The notes beneath the pieces are model-generated. The model was not told where the DNA came from. It saw only the letters and a list, made by a program, of their open reading frames with translations, and searched no databases. From Paragordius varius (Eukaryota; Animalia; Nematomorpha), in contig OZ176056.1 of NCBI GenBank assembly GCA_964247055.1, positions 6,944,001-7,008,000 of the forward strand: DNA of 64,000 bases, given 5' to 3'. Of the stretch, positions 25,672-40,278 are shown piece by piece. Each line of letters opens with the position of its first letter. Within the stretch, counting starts at the first letter, position 1. The translations under genes were made by a program, and so were the position numbers.

Positions 25672-26247
25672 TTAATAACGCAGAAAAGCTGGATTGATGA
25701 ATTAGGATTGATTTTTAAAAATACTTTTAAAAATCATATAAAAATGTAGTAAATGTGGCAGTTTCTATCATCTAAAATTATAATTTTGAAAACTAAAAAC
25801 ATGGAATATTTTACCATTATAATATATATATATATAGATAGATATAAATCCGCTGATATATGGGCTGTGTTACATATTATTAGATAAATCTAAAAATGTA
25901 TTTAACGTAACCTTGAAGCTATTTAAAAATTTTCACCTTTATAAAAAAAATAGGTAAATATTTATACTGAACCTTTAATTTGGTGAACGGTGTTTATAAT
26001 TTTATGCAAATACATTGAATAAACATTGATATTGGATGTGTTTGGCAATAATAGCATCCCTTTATTTTGTAATAAATATCAATTTATTAATAGTTGACAA
26101 ATATATTATATGTATAACCCTGAAAATAAATCTATATTTTAAGCCTAAAATAACATACACCATAGCGAAAATAATATTGACTGAGGTTCTTATAAATAAC
26201 ACTAAAACTAACCATTTCAAATCACACTACAATTTTAATTTAAAAAA

Positions 26248-29200
26248 ATGTTAAATTATGCAATCTTCTATCTAATTTTTTTATTGGGACATACATACAA
26301 TAATGTCATTTCCATTAAGATATCAAAGAATTTTATACGGGAACTAGGATTAATTACGATTGCAGATTATAGCTCTTTAAAGACGACTAACTTTGTTTTT
26401 TCACCACTCCTGACGGCTATATCATTGGGTGTTTTCCATAAAGCTTCAAACTGCACTTCATTTGCTTATCAATACATTGTGCAAAAACCCAAAATTAATC
26501 CAATACTAAATGCTAAATTATTAAACGATCTATACATAAAAAAGGAAGTTACCGCTGAATATAGTGAGGGTTTTAAGAAAAATGTGATAAGTAAATATGG
26601 AGGAGCATTAATATCAATTATTCCTACCACACCTAAGATGGAAGTAGAGGAATTTATAAACTATCGTACGTCATTCTATACAGACGTTAATAGTATTACT
26701 TACATTCCACCTAACTTCCAAGCTTTAATGCTTAATTCCTTATATATAACGAGTCATTGGAAAAAACCTATAAAATCCAAGTTTTTCTATTGCATATTAT
26801 TTGTTTTATTTATTAAGTCATATATAGCCAATACCATATTAAAATTAATTATTTTTAAAAAATACAAACTTTTATCCAAAGCTTACGGCGGAATTTCATT
26901 TTCTAAAACCACTCTGTACAGAATGCTAAATTATGAAATTTTTAATATTTTTCTCTCTATCCCCGTTTTTATACTCTATAAAGTGGTTTCCAATACCTCC
27001 CATAAATTTTTATTTTTGATGCGAATAGGATTTATTATAAAATATAATTATATTTATATCATATTTGTTAAATGTGATTACGTCCCATATTTTATATGAG
27101 ATGTTTTGTGTCAATACATAATATTCGATTAAATTTTGCGTTTCAATTGATATCGAAATAGGGAATAATTTGGTACTACAATACTATTTTATGAAAGTAA
27201 ACAAAGAACATAACCATAAACGCCTAAATAAAAATAAGATGCATGACTGCACTATGACTACTTTTACAAATATATAAAATATCAAAATTGGTTAAAATGT
27301 ATTTAATAACACTAGTCGACAAATTTGGACATTTTTAAGCACCACCACTCAAACATTTTAAATTATGACTAATTTCAGTGTTTTAAAACCGAATTTGAAA
27401 AAATTTTTGATCCCGCCAATCAGAATTTTGAAATTTTATAGGTTTTTCAATTTCTCAAAAACAAGAGAAAATCGAGAAAAAATTAAATATAACTTTATAA
27501 TAAAATGTTATTATATTATAAATTTAATATCATTTAATAAAGCGTTTTAAACTCTATCTTTTGAATATAAATATGTCATTTAAATATCAGAGAGAAAAAA
27601 ATAGTACAGACTTAAACGTCAAAATTTAGTCTTTTTTTTTCAAGTGAATTTTTAACACATATAAATTTTTTTTAACAAAATACTAAAAAAGGCATTATAT
27701 GGTTTAAACCTTCGGCTTTCAGATAGGCTATATTTTTTTTGTTAGATTTCGTTCTTTCGAGTACTTATTAGACTTTTTCTCTTGAGTTGGTTCTTATAAA
27801 AAATCCTTTATTTATACCTAGTGGATATACCTTATTTTTTTGAAATTATTGGTTGTTTTGTATTTTGAATTTCAGATAGATGTTGTGTAGCCACTTTTAG
27901 TAGAATTTACTGTTATGGGGTTGGACCATTTGTATTTACCTAATTTATATTTAATTTAATTGTAGAATTTATCTAACTTTATTCTGTAAATTGGTTAATT
28001 GGACATGTCAATTTGCCAGATTTTGCTTGCAAGTCTCTCTTATCGGACTTTACGATTACTTATTGTTATCTTTGCCATATCTGGCATAATTATAGGATCG
28101 CTTGGGGGATATGCAGAGCGTGTGCAGCCGCCCATATCTATCACACTATACATAAGCCTCTTTTAAATTTTTAATACTTTGGCTCTTAGCTTGTTTAGTA
28201 TCTCATTTAATGCCTAGAATTTGTTATCCATGCATGGAATATTACTTGTATCGACTTGCTTGTTTGAATTTTTAAACATATGTACACGAGGAATGATTGT
28301 TATTTTTGAATTAAATACAAATTTAAAAAGTAAATTTTGGAAAAATCCTATTGGTGGCCTCAATTTTCTTTTTTGTTTTGGCCTTTCCATGCCATTAGGT
28401 ATCAGAAAATGCAAAAATAATGGGATGGTGCAAAACCTTGTTGACTAGTGTAATACTTTACATATATTAGAATGAACTGTAAAAATATAATAGTAAATTT
28501 AAATATCCAAAGTATTGACCAATAAAATATTGTAATACTTGCATAGCTAGCTGGGTGCTCGACTTTAATCAGAAAATAATTTTTTAATTTATCTAAAAAT
28601 TGGGTATGAACACTAATTTATAGTGATTTGATGATAGTGATATATCGAATAACATAATGTTATATTTAAAAATATTTTCATGTGAACTCACGATATAAAT
28701 AAATATCATGCCATATATCTAATATATTAATTCTAGAAATATGTTCCATGTTTTTTACGGTGTGCGAAAGTCGGTGGGTCTACCGTTTTTACTGGATGAA
28801 AATCGACCAGCTCGTATTTACAATTCTTCAGGCCTTCAAGCAACACTTATTAGTTTAGATTTTATTGCTGACATGAGTTTACTAATTATATATCCGTATG
28901 AACACGAATCTATGTTTCAAAGCAATTCTAACGTATCTTTTTTGGATGAACTAGCAAAGTTACCCAATGAAACACAAAACATTAAGTTTGCCATGCCTCA
29001 CGTGATACAAGAATCAAATCTTTCGCTTGATCAGCTATTTCGATTTGAGAGAAATTGTCAAAAGTTTGATATTTGTATATCAATAGTATTTATTTTAGTA
29101 CTGAAGATATGATGTTACAATCAGTAGAGCGCCTGACTCGCCTAATCTGGTTATGAGAATAACAAAATTTTCTTTTATTATTATTAACAGCTATGGGCAG

Positions 29201-29936
29201 TGGGGTGTCATCAAAGCCTTTAAATTCCCTAAATATAATTTAGTTTTTGCAATTAGAGAATCTATATTGTAAGTTGTTAATGCTATCTTTAATAAGTTTC
29301 TTTGGATCGTTTGACGATTATATAAAATTATACCGCTGTGCATGTTATTCTGATAATATGCCATTTATATTTCAATTACCCTTGAACATTAAAATTCATT
29401 CTTGAACAACAATTCAAATTCATTCAAATCCTCCTTGAACCTCAAATTCACCCTAAAACAAATTATGTGTTTTTTAAAGTTAAAAACTACCTTAATTTTT
29501 AATATTTTTTTAAAAAAATGAAATTTTGTATACTGAAAAAAATACACTATGCGAAAAGATATGTTTCATAAAGATGAGTCAACCCGATTTAAAAGTTGTT
29601 TTTTGGCTAAATGTGGATTGTTCAATGGTCAATTTGAATTGTAAATGTATATCATTAACCTAAATTTTTCATTTTAATATAATTTTTAGCAGCTCTCTAA
29701 CAAAAGTTTTGAAGGGAAATCATGCGTTATCATTGGATTTATGGCAGCACCACATTAAAATAAATATTACTGATAGCGGAATAAACGCCAACAATCTACC
29801 AACAAAGCCCAAATATTCGCCTTTTTCCAATGGTATAATTCTCAATAGACCATTTGAATACATGGTCGTTCTGAAAAATACAGGACATATCATATACTTT
29901 GGCAAATTTGTTCAGCCTCAAGAAAACAACAAATAA
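26248..29936 (+). CDS. Serpin-fold secreted protein, type A2 (~367 aa, 3 exons), tandem paralog of A1
   Basis: Exons 26248-26780, 28737-29063 and 29693-29936 (or 29690), with the same phase-2 introns and motifs as A1 and an open frame throughout. Confidence 0.85.
27310..28450. mobile_element. Non-autonomous CACTA-ended element (CMC superfamily, Chapaev3-like), in intron 1 of A2
   Basis: TIRs CACTAGTCGACAA / CACTAGTCAACAA with a 3-bp TSD TAA. Absent from the A1 intron. A near-identical inverted copy lies at 40279-41407. Confidence 0.8.
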
Positions 29937-30205
29937 TTTTTTGCTAAAATTATTTACATTTTTTATAGTTATGTAATTTTTATATAATGCCTCCTTTACT
30001 AAAACTGTAGCCATCCCTGGAGTTCCTATGACAAATGGCAAAATAAAAACTAATGAATTAAAAATTATTATATATTAAACATGAGATTGTGAATAAATTT
30101 ACCATCATGCAACCTCCTATCAATTTTACGAATTTTTGGTTCCCACATAGAAAAAGTAATTATATCATAACACGTTTTTAAACTGTTTCCATCATGCCTC
30201 ATATA

Positions 30206-33200
30206 TAAGGTGACCAGATTTTTTGAAGGAAAAAGCGGGAAAATTTGAGAAGGGGGGGGGTCATTGGGGGGTACAACCAAAAATTTTTATACAAAAAACT
30301 TATTGTAATATTTATTTATTTTTAACATAACATTATGAATATAAAAAAATTTGTACCTTATTCAATAAATTTACATGTGCACGAACAAAGGGTGAAGTGA
30401 TTGTAATAATCTAGAAAAAAATAATAAAGACGAAATCATCACAGAGTGCGCCGGGTGATGCAAGAAGCGGCACAAAAAATATTTTTAACAATTTAGCGAA
30501 TAATCTTGATCAAAACATTATTGGCAGATACACAACGCTATTCAAACAGCTACTGATTTATTACCCCTGGATGTTGAAAATGTAGCTGGTAAAATGCTTG
30601 GATATTCTAAAACTCATTGGTTAGCTCTTTTGCCAGCTATTGAGAAAATTTTAAAAATGCATGATCGCCTAGAATCCTATTTTTTATCACAGGAAAAATG
30701 TCTAAAATTCCAAGTCAAGAGAGGTTAAAAATAATTTTATACCATTTAATCGCATTATTATAAATCTTCCAGAAAAACAAGGCTCAATGAATAGCCAGGA
30801 TAAAATGTTTTATACAAACAGAAACGATTATTTGGAAGACAAGACGGTGCAATTCAATGACACTTTTTTCTGAAGTATCATATTTAAATTGTAGAATTTG
30901 CATTATCTTTACCTGAATCACTGCTATTGAAGGCGTTTTTCCACAGTAAATTAAGTAAGGACACGGAATCAAATTTAAATGTTGAATAAAAGCCATTTTA
31001 TGTGTTCAAATATAATTTGACAGGAAGACTTATAATATTTAAGTAATTTTGTTTATTTTTTAACACAAAAACTTTAAAGAAAATATTTTATTCTTTGGTA
31101 TATTTTTTGTTTGAGTGAATGCGTTTTAGCAGATTGTCATCATTTTTAAAATATTGTAGAAGTCTTCACAAGAATTTGTCAAATTATATTTAAAAGATAA
31201 AACGGCCTTTAAAGTTTCAACATTTAAATTTGATTTTTCCGATGTCCACACTTGATTTACTGTGAAAAAACGCGCTCACAGCGTGGTTCCTGGTAAAGAT
31301 AGTGCGAATTCCACAATTTTTAAAATATTATTGTATGTAATAAAGTTGGCTTCAAAATAATGAAATATTTCCAACCATTTCTTTTCTACTGTATATTTTT
31401 CTTTTGTCCATAATTTAAGTTTTTTATTATATATTTTAACTAATGATTCTTCAGAAAAAAAATCATTTTCTGAAAGATTACTTTTTGAGAATTTTTGGGA
31501 ACAGATATAATCAAATGATTTTTGAACATCGCACCAATTAAATTCTGTTTTTATTTTATCCAATAAAATGATCAATTTCATTGAATTTCACCGTTCAGTC
31601 TTCCAAATAATCATTACAGTTTGTATAAAACATTTTTATATGGTACAGGATATCTTGGCGATGTATTAAGCCTTGTTTTTCTTTATTTATTATATTGCGG
31701 ATGGTTAATGGTATAAAATTATTTTCTAACCGTTCTTGACATTGGAATTTTAGGTTACTAACTTCATTGGCTACTTCGATTGCCGAAATTTTGTCACCTT
31801 CTATAAATTTAAACCATATTTTTGAAAAATCACTTTCAAAAAAGTTTTTTAAAGTTGTAGGACATTTGTCCTGTGATAAAAAAATGATTTTAAAGGATCA
31901 TTTTTCGATAGCTGGCATAAAAGCTAACCAACGAGTTTTACGATATCCAAGCATTTTTTTATATTGAACTTCTGCATTTCAGAATTCTTTAAGCGTTTCA
32001 ACACGTACTGTTTATATATAAAAATAGGAATATAATTTTACAACTACATTTTCCACATCTAGGGGTAACAAATCAGCAGCTGTTTGAATAGCGTTGTGTA
32101 TTTTATGCCACACCCGACGCTAATAATGTTTTGATAAGATTATCTGTAAATTTATGAAAAATATATTTTGTTCCCTTCGTATTGGTATTGTTAGCGTAAT
32201 ATGCGATAATTTTGTCTTTTAAATTTTTTTCTAGAATATGCATTATTGAAGTAAATATTATTTCGGAATTTTCACCGGGTAGAGAAATTAAATCTAAAAT
32301 TTTAATTTTTACTCCGGTTTCTGAGTCCAAATATCTTATTAAAGTGGGAAATAATTTTGTTTCATGGTGATTTGATGCATCAGAGTATAGGGATAAAAAA
32401 TTAATTTTCAGCAAATCTTTTTGCATTTCAGAAAATGCATGTGGCGAAAGGACATTGCACACAATGGCTTCAGCCTTTGTACGGGCACATGAAAATTTTT
32501 ATGGAATAACGTGCGAATAACATGTGAGGTACAGTCCATATATCTAAAGGAATGATTGTGATTAACGGCGTGAAAAGATAACTTGCCTTCAGCTAGTGCT
32601 AAATACTTTTCTTCCTCTTCAAAAGCGGTTTTTCGATAAAAATCGCTCATTTTGTAAGATGATGCCGCCATATCCAAACATTTTTTGTTTTGTGTTTCCA
32701 TATGCTTTGTAATATCATGCTTGCCGCCATGTTCTAGGGTGAATTTCTCCTCGCATAAAAAACAACAAATGATTCATTCTTCGTTTTGATAAAAGGAAAT
32801 TCTTTCAGTATTAACGTTGATATTACAACCTCTTTTTGTGCTCATATTTATAAACTACTATTGGTATAATAAATATTATATTACCTTAATTTTCTGGAAT
32901 AAACGTGTAAGGTACCGATTTGTGGTATCAATTTGTCTTTTAAGCTACCGATTTGTGGTATTAACTTGGCTTTTTGATAATGATGACAGTAGTAGTAGGA
33001 AGCAAAGTGTATAATCATATGATATAAATTCGAAAAAAATAAATATTTTTAATTTAAAAATAAAAAATTTTAATTTAAAATTGAATAGATTTTAAAGATA
33101 TTAAATGATAAAAAATTTAAACGGATAAAAAAATTTATTTGTATTGAAAAAAAAATTTTTTAGATAATCGTGAAAAAGCGGGACATTTAAAAACGTAGCG

Positions 33201-33245
33201 GGACGCGGGACAAAGTGTGAAAAAGCGGGACGTCTGGTAACCTTA
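30206..33245 (-). mobile_element. hAT (Blackjack-like) transposon, decayed
   Basis: TIRs TAAGGTGACCAGA / TAAGGTTACCAGA with repeated subterminal GCGGGAC; TSD CTCATATA/CTCATAGA. Transposase fragments at 32701-31276 (SLYSDASNH, VEFALSLPGT). Absent at the A1-paralogous site (~23460). Confidence 0.85.
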
Positions 33246-33644
33246 CTCATAGAGTAAGTGCGCTTCAACAAAATTTGTCTGAAATAATTTTTGAAAAAAG
33301 GTATACACATTAAAAAATATTTTTAGTAATATTATGTAGCTTATATGTAAAATTTTATCTCGCAGTCTCGGCATTAACTAGTCCATTTTAGAAGACCGAA
33401 AAGAGTTGGACTTTAATCCACAACTAAAATTTTTATTTTTGAAAATATTGTTTAGCTTTTTACATATAAAATGATATATTTTAGTGTTATTTTTTGGAAT
33501 GAATCCTATAGCACTCACCAAAAAAAAACTTATTTAAAAATATGTGCGCAAATCGACTTTATGATATGGAGCAATATTAATATCTATATTGTATCACTCG
33601 TAAAAAGCCAACAGTACCATGATAATATTGATAAAATTTTTTAT

Positions 33645-33647
<3 letters not shown>

Positions 33648-33706
<59 letters not shown>
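33648..33706. repeat. (TA)n microsatellite
   Basis: About 29 TA units. Confidence 0.95.
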
Positions 33707-33708
<2 letters not shown>

Positions 33709-33835
33709 CATCAGAAAATTTTTTATACACCCCGATTTTGGACGCTGTGTATATGATCTTCAAACATGATAAATATATAATAGATTAAAATAAGCTTTTT
33801 TATGTCTTACAGTTTTGTAATCCAACATTCTAACA

Positions 33836-34010
33836 CAGTGGCGATCACCAAAAAATGATAACCGAATATATATCTGGTCTCAAGGGCGATGTACCATATA
33901 AAACCGATAAAATCTAGCTGTTTGACAGCGGATATTATTACTACAAAAATTTTAACAATTATTTAGGGCCATAAAAAAGCACTTTTAGGGCCGCGGTTTG
34001 AGTGCCATTG
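33836..34010 (-). mobile_element. Possible miniature derivative of the 2516-5493 hAT family
   Basis: Starts CAGTGGCGATCACCAAAAAA and ends GGGCCGCGGTTTGAGTGCCATTG, resembling both family ends. No TSD. Confidence 0.4.
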
Positions 34011-37000
34011 CCCAAAAATAGTTAAACACATTATATAAAAACCATAAATTATTAAATGTATTAAAAGCATTTTATATAGTTAATTATTTTATTTCACCAT
34101 TATTTTGCTAATTAAAAAAATTGCCTAATATAATTGGCGAGGATCAATATTTTTTTATGTAATATTTCTTGAAAATTTTATTTTAAAATATGCGCCTAAA
34201 AGCTATAGAATGCATATTTTTCCTCTAACCCAATGAAATAGGTGCCTTATGTGTTATTTATGTAAATTTTTCTCCCTCAGAAAGCTACCACAAAAGTCGA
34301 TGGAGTATATAAAATTTGATTAGGCCTTAACAATGCAGTAATGCCTGTGAAATTATATTTTTAATTGAATAAAAACCAAATTTTTGAACAAATTATTTTG
34401 TAATGACAACTTTAGGAAATTATAGTTTAATTTTAATAAAACAAGTGTTTTGCCCATATAGTTTACACAAGCCGCTCTAGTATGTTAAAGTAAAACATGT
34501 TAATCATGCTTGATATTCGAGATGAAAAAAATAATATAATTTTTAGAACAATTTATAGAATATAGTAAAATTTTATTTTATTTCTCAAAAAAATCTTTAT
34601 AGTAGTATTTTTAACTGAAAATGCGCTGATAAAAAGAACAAAACACCACCGCTGCGCGGCGCCTATTATAGCAAAGATATTCTCGTCTTATATCTTAATT
34701 ACACAATCATATGAAATTTACATGAAGAGAGCTTATGTATATTAAAACCATAACTTTAATTTTCATAGTGTAACTTTTAGTAACAAAAGAAATTCCTAAA
34801 TATACAATGGTCAATGCTAAAATTACACAGTCTCTAAAATTAATAAATGAAATATTTAAATACTTTAGCTATTTATAAGAAATTTTAAATAAATGATAGA
34901 GAATTTAAGTTTTAGGGTTAATTGACTCATTTTTAAAAAATTTTGATCTAAATATATTGGGAAAAAACCACAGAATGCATTTTTTAAATTCAATACCTTA
35001 AAAATAAATTGTAATTAATTACTCTTTATTTTTTTAATTGTAAAAACTAACCCGAATGTTCATAAAAAATCATTTTAAAATAAAATTATTATTATTCTCT
35101 AGGATATAAACCGTAACATTATGCCAACTTTATCAAAATTAAATTATATATTTAACAACAAATTTTTTTTTCAAATGAGTGTCTAAAGTTTTTTGACGAT
35201 TTTATCTATGATACTAACAATATTTAATTAATGGTATTCTTTATTTTTGTGGTAATGAGGCAACACGTCCAAGCTACAAATCAATTTCGTAATATATTTT
35301 TCAATGATTGTGATGAGTAAACCCTTGTTTTATCTTTTATATAATTAATAATTATACTTTTGGGGTAGTTTTAGTACCCAGAGCCATTTAAAATTAAATA
35401 CTTAAAAAATATTAAGAGTATTGGGCTAAAATAAAAAATATGCTTTAAAAAGATTAAAAAGTGCAAATTCGTAATATTCTGATAATTATTGATTTGTAAA
35501 TCAATAATTATTGATTTACAAATCACTGGTTATTTAGTTTTTTGGAGAAATCCGAATTTGTGCCTCAAGCAGTTAAAAATTTGATAAATAAAAGGAATGT
35601 AACAGGAAAACAGGATTTGTAATTATATTACGACATTTTTAAAACAGTACTTTATTGATAAGCTCGGCCTGGGGTAGAAAATTACCCTCAGATGTAATCG
35701 ACTACAAAAAAGGAAAGTAATGAATTGTTAAAAATATAAGGGTACAAACGTAATATTAGTGGTAGAAACTGCATTAAAACAAATACACATAAATTTTATT
35801 ATGAAATAAATCAGTAAAATAGAGTGTGGGCTTGTGCAAACGGCACCAAACCCTGTTTTTATTATAGATTAATACTAATATTAAAATTTTGGGGAAAATG
35901 GAATCTCTTGGATGCAATTTTTTTATCGAAGATAATTTATGCTCAAACATATTGAATCATATATTATCATTTTATATCAAAATCAGAAACACCTGACTGC
36001 TAAAACAATTTTTTGGGTGTAATTGACAATGACCTATATTTCGGATTTTAAAAGCGGATGATGTGATCTTTTTAGCAATTAATTGATTTGTGCTATATCA
36101 TTTGGGTGGTATTTTAAAATTTTGGCTGTCTATATATATCGTTTTTTTAAAATAACTTTTAAATATGAGTATTATTAAGTAATTTTAGGCAAGGTTATAT
36201 TTTGATTGTATATTCCTTATATTATGGCAGCAAAAATCTTGTATTTTATAATACTCAGGATAAAATAATTCGATTGCAGTGATACTCCCTAAAATAGGGC
36301 GCCGTCAAGGATATCAGAAATATTGTATGTAGAAAAGGTACAATATTTTAATGTGTTTAAATACGCTTTCTAGCATGCCTCCATCTACGATCGATATTTT
36401 AATAATTCGAGATATACTAATTTACAGTTTTCTTATCTCAAGCGAATCCAGGGGAATTAAAAATCCAGGCATAAAAACAATCGGGTGGATTAGTGAATCT
36501 ACCTTTTATCAAAATTGATTTTAAGTCTTCGACCACAAAAGATAAGGAGTATCGATTGCTAGATTTTTTCCGCGCGAGCTCTTAAATCCGGTAAATAATT
36601 ATATTCATAACCAGATCCCAATGGTGTTACGGAAAACCTAACTGTGTGATCGATGAAATTTGCCAATTTCTTGTAGTTTTCCCTTTTCTTTGGCAAACAG
36701 CAAATCTAATTTACTAAATATCAGAAAATATATGCGTATATATATGAGCCAAACAACAGTAAAAGGGAGTTTTTATGATTGTATTAATATTAAGTAAACT
36801 TAAAATTATCGAATTTGGGGTCTTTGCACACTCGTCCAAAAAAACATTCAGATCTCGGATGTTAATCTATCATATAAACTTAACTAAAACGTTACAAAAT
36901 AATAGATTGTACGATATCGGTGACAAAATATAGGAATAACATTTTATACATTAAATAATGGAGTTATCTAGTATAAATAATGGCAATATATTCATAATTG

Positions 37001-37492
37001 GTAGTACTAAAGTATAATCCGTGCATACTCTGTTAATGTATTTCCCGAAAAATCAAAATGTTTCGAACCAAAACGTAAAAAAAATTTAATAAAATTATTT
37101 CAGTCCTCATAATAAATTTTTGTTTCCCTTAAACTTGTGTTTAATATCAATATGTGTATAACTGAAAATTTGAATCACACAGTTTGGAATTTTTTCCTTA
37201 TAAAAAAGGTTAGAGACTTTCAACAAATTAATGACTAATTAATATTTGAGCCTCAGAGCTTGCAGTGATGATGTGAAAAATCGTTTTTTATACTTTGGCA
37301 TCGCACACAAAGTGTCTGACTGCTACCTGTATACACTATCCACCATGCTTTCACAACTTAAATGAGGAGGTTTTAAAGCAAATATTTTTTAGTTTTAAAG
37401 CATTGGATTAGTGATTTATTATTGGCCTTAGAATTGTGATAAAAACATCGATCTATCTGAGTGTGATAATGAAAAAGTATATATATCAATAA

Positions 37493-38616
37493 CACTGGAC
37501 AACAAATTTTTCTGCCACTCGAGTTTTTTAAATTTTCTGATATTTAGTATCATTTTAACAGTAAATCTGAAATAAAAAATATAACTCGTTGGAAGAATTT
37601 TGTATAATTTGATTTTTTTGATTATGCGCCCTCTTTATCAAAATTTTACTAAAAAATATTTTTCTTTGAAAATATACAAGTAATGCCCATTTGTAATATA
37701 TCATTCGAAAGAGTAATAAAAACTCTATAAAATGTATACTAATATGTATTACATCGACAGTTAATATTGGACACAAAGGGCGACAAACGCGCGAAGCGAG
37801 AGCATTTTTTTTAATTATTATACTTTTAAAACTAATGGATGAAAATAGCTCAAACTTTGTTTAGATGGTGATGAATGTCCAAAAAAAATAACACAAGAAA
37901 GTTTTTTTGAATAAAACATTTTTTTATTGCTTTTATATCACTCAAAACAACCATTTTTAAGTTTTTAGTATTTTAAAAATTACCATCTATCAATATTAAT
38001 TTATTTTCTTTATAAGGCTGATAATTTGGAAATTTTAAAGATAAAAACAAAGTTTAAGGTATTTTTGATCTTTTATAGCCAATATGTATAAAATTTACAG
38101 TTATAACTATGCATTTTAATATCCACTAGGTAAAATATTTATGATAATAATAATTTTTATTAAAAAAGCAAACCAAAAGCTTTTTCAAACATTTTTTTAA
38201 AATTAAATATTAATATAACCCTAATAATTATATTAAAATAATTTATATGATTTTCAAATTAGTTTGTCTGTGAAAATTCTTGACTTATTTAAGGATTGAA
38301 AATTTCGACCATTTAAATCCAAATAATTTTTACATCCGATGGATTTAAATGACTTACTACCATTTAAAAGATGCAGTTTTTTGCGCTCTTTCGAATGATA
38401 TAAAATACATGGCTTCTTATCTAAAACTTTTAATTTTCGAAATTTCGAGTTTAATGTTAAATCGGGGCCAAAAATTATCGATAAACTCTAATATAAAAAA
38501 ATTCTTTCATGCTAGACCAATTTTCTTTTCAGATATACTAATTATGTACTTTAATGAAATAAATTTTAAATTTACAAGAATGGCAGTTAAAAAAAGTTAA
38601 AATTTGTTGTCTAGTG
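37493..38616. mobile_element. Non-autonomous CACT(G/A)-ended element, second family (Chapaev3-like)
   Basis: TIRs CACTGGACAACAAATTT / CACTAGACAACAAATTT; TSD TAA (37490-37492, 38617-38619). Confidence 0.8.
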
Positions 38617-40278
38617 TAATGTATTTTACATTTTACTAAAACCTAAAGAGACAAACAAAATTAGACACCATCCACATAAATTTTCACATTAATTATAGGA
38701 CATAATATTTTAGTTACCTATTGTATACCATTTTTCAGTCAAAAACAACATTTTTTCAAGCAAACGCAAAATTTTTTTTTCAAATTGCGTTTGCATTTTC
38801 AAGAAACAACATTTTCAATTTTTATTTCAAGCCAACATTCATCCAATCGCAACTTTTTAAGCAAATATTTCAAGCAAACGCAAAATTTTTTTAACCAAAG
38901 ACAACATTTTTTCAAACAAAAGTAACTTTTAAAATTAAATATTTCTTATTTTATGACAATTTATTATTAGGTATTTATATAATAAGTTAATGATTGATTA
39001 ATTAGCGTTGAATTATGATTTTAATTGTTTTTTATCAATATTTGATCGTATAATCTTCAAACATTTAAATGTTGCCCACAAGGTAATTGTATTATTTATA
39101 TGGAATAAACTTAATGACGTATAAGGATTACATTTTCAGATAATAAAGTTTTTTAATGTATATAGCAAAAGCAATGAATTTTTTTTAGAATTTTAATATA
39201 ATAAATAATACAATTCGGCTATGGCTAATAAAATGTTTGAAAATCATCATCAATATTGATAATAAAACAATAATATTTTAACGCTAAATTTTAACTAATT
39301 ATAAATACTTTATAATAAATAGTCAAATACTAAAAAAATGTTTTTTTTACAAAATTGTGCTTTTGCTTGAAAAGTTGTCTTTGGTTGAAAAAATGTTTCT
39401 ATGGATGAAGTAATGTTGCGTTTGTTTGATGTTGAGTAGATAACATTTTTTCAAGATAAGACAACATTTTGTCAAAACGCACATTTTTCAAGCAAACGCA
39501 AAATTTTTTCATCCAAATGCAACATTTTATTAACCAAAGACAACAATTTTCAAGCAAGAGAACAATTTATTAAATAATAAAAACAGTTTTTTTATTAAAT
39601 TTTAAACATGTGATTATATATTAAGTATTTATTGAATTTTAAGTTAATGTAACTATATTTTAGAGTTGAATTAAGGTTTTTATTGTTTTACAATATTTAA
39701 TGGTGATTTATTATATTAATTTACCCATAAACATTATTGATTATATTAATAATTTTTTCTTTTACAACTTTGGTATCACCTATAATCAATTTATACAATT
39801 GCATCAGGAGTGTTGAATATATAAGGTTAGTCCTTGAAAATTTCAAATTGGTCCTTCAATTTAATTTTGATTTTTTTATTAATGCAATAAAATACTCATC
39901 AAAATCATTTTAAACCTTTTCTATTTATTTAACCAAAACTTTTAAATGAAAACCTACTTTATAAGGACCGTATTATTTACTATTGTCTCTTTGAAATTTT
40001 ATATAAAAATATAAGTTTTGTGGGTTATTAATTGTAAGATTTAGTTAAACATTAAAAAGTTATTATATTAAATTGTAAATTAGTTCGAAACAAAAATAAG
40101 TTATTAAAATGAAAATGTGTTGAATCATAAAATACTAATATAGGTAAAATTAAAAAAATAGATAATTAATACAAAAATAACGGTTGTATGCAAACTACAA
40201 AATATAAAGTGATCAACTTTAAGTGTAGGACAACTTTAAATGTTAGGACACACTTTAAGTGGAAATATAGATTGATTA

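Noticed and set aside
26781-27099. The 283-aa ORF 26248-27099 taken as a complete protein
   Set aside because: Serpin similarity stops at the donor (26780). The remainder is intron read-through, and A1 stops after about 20 codons.
28214-28448. Short ORFs repeated at 40236-40515
   Set aside because: Their conservation simply reflects two recent copies of one non-autonomous element, and I recognised no domain.
35835-35855. TTTGGTGCCGT on the - strand resembling the inner element's PBS
   Set aside because: There is no adjacent TG...CA LTR or gag sequence.
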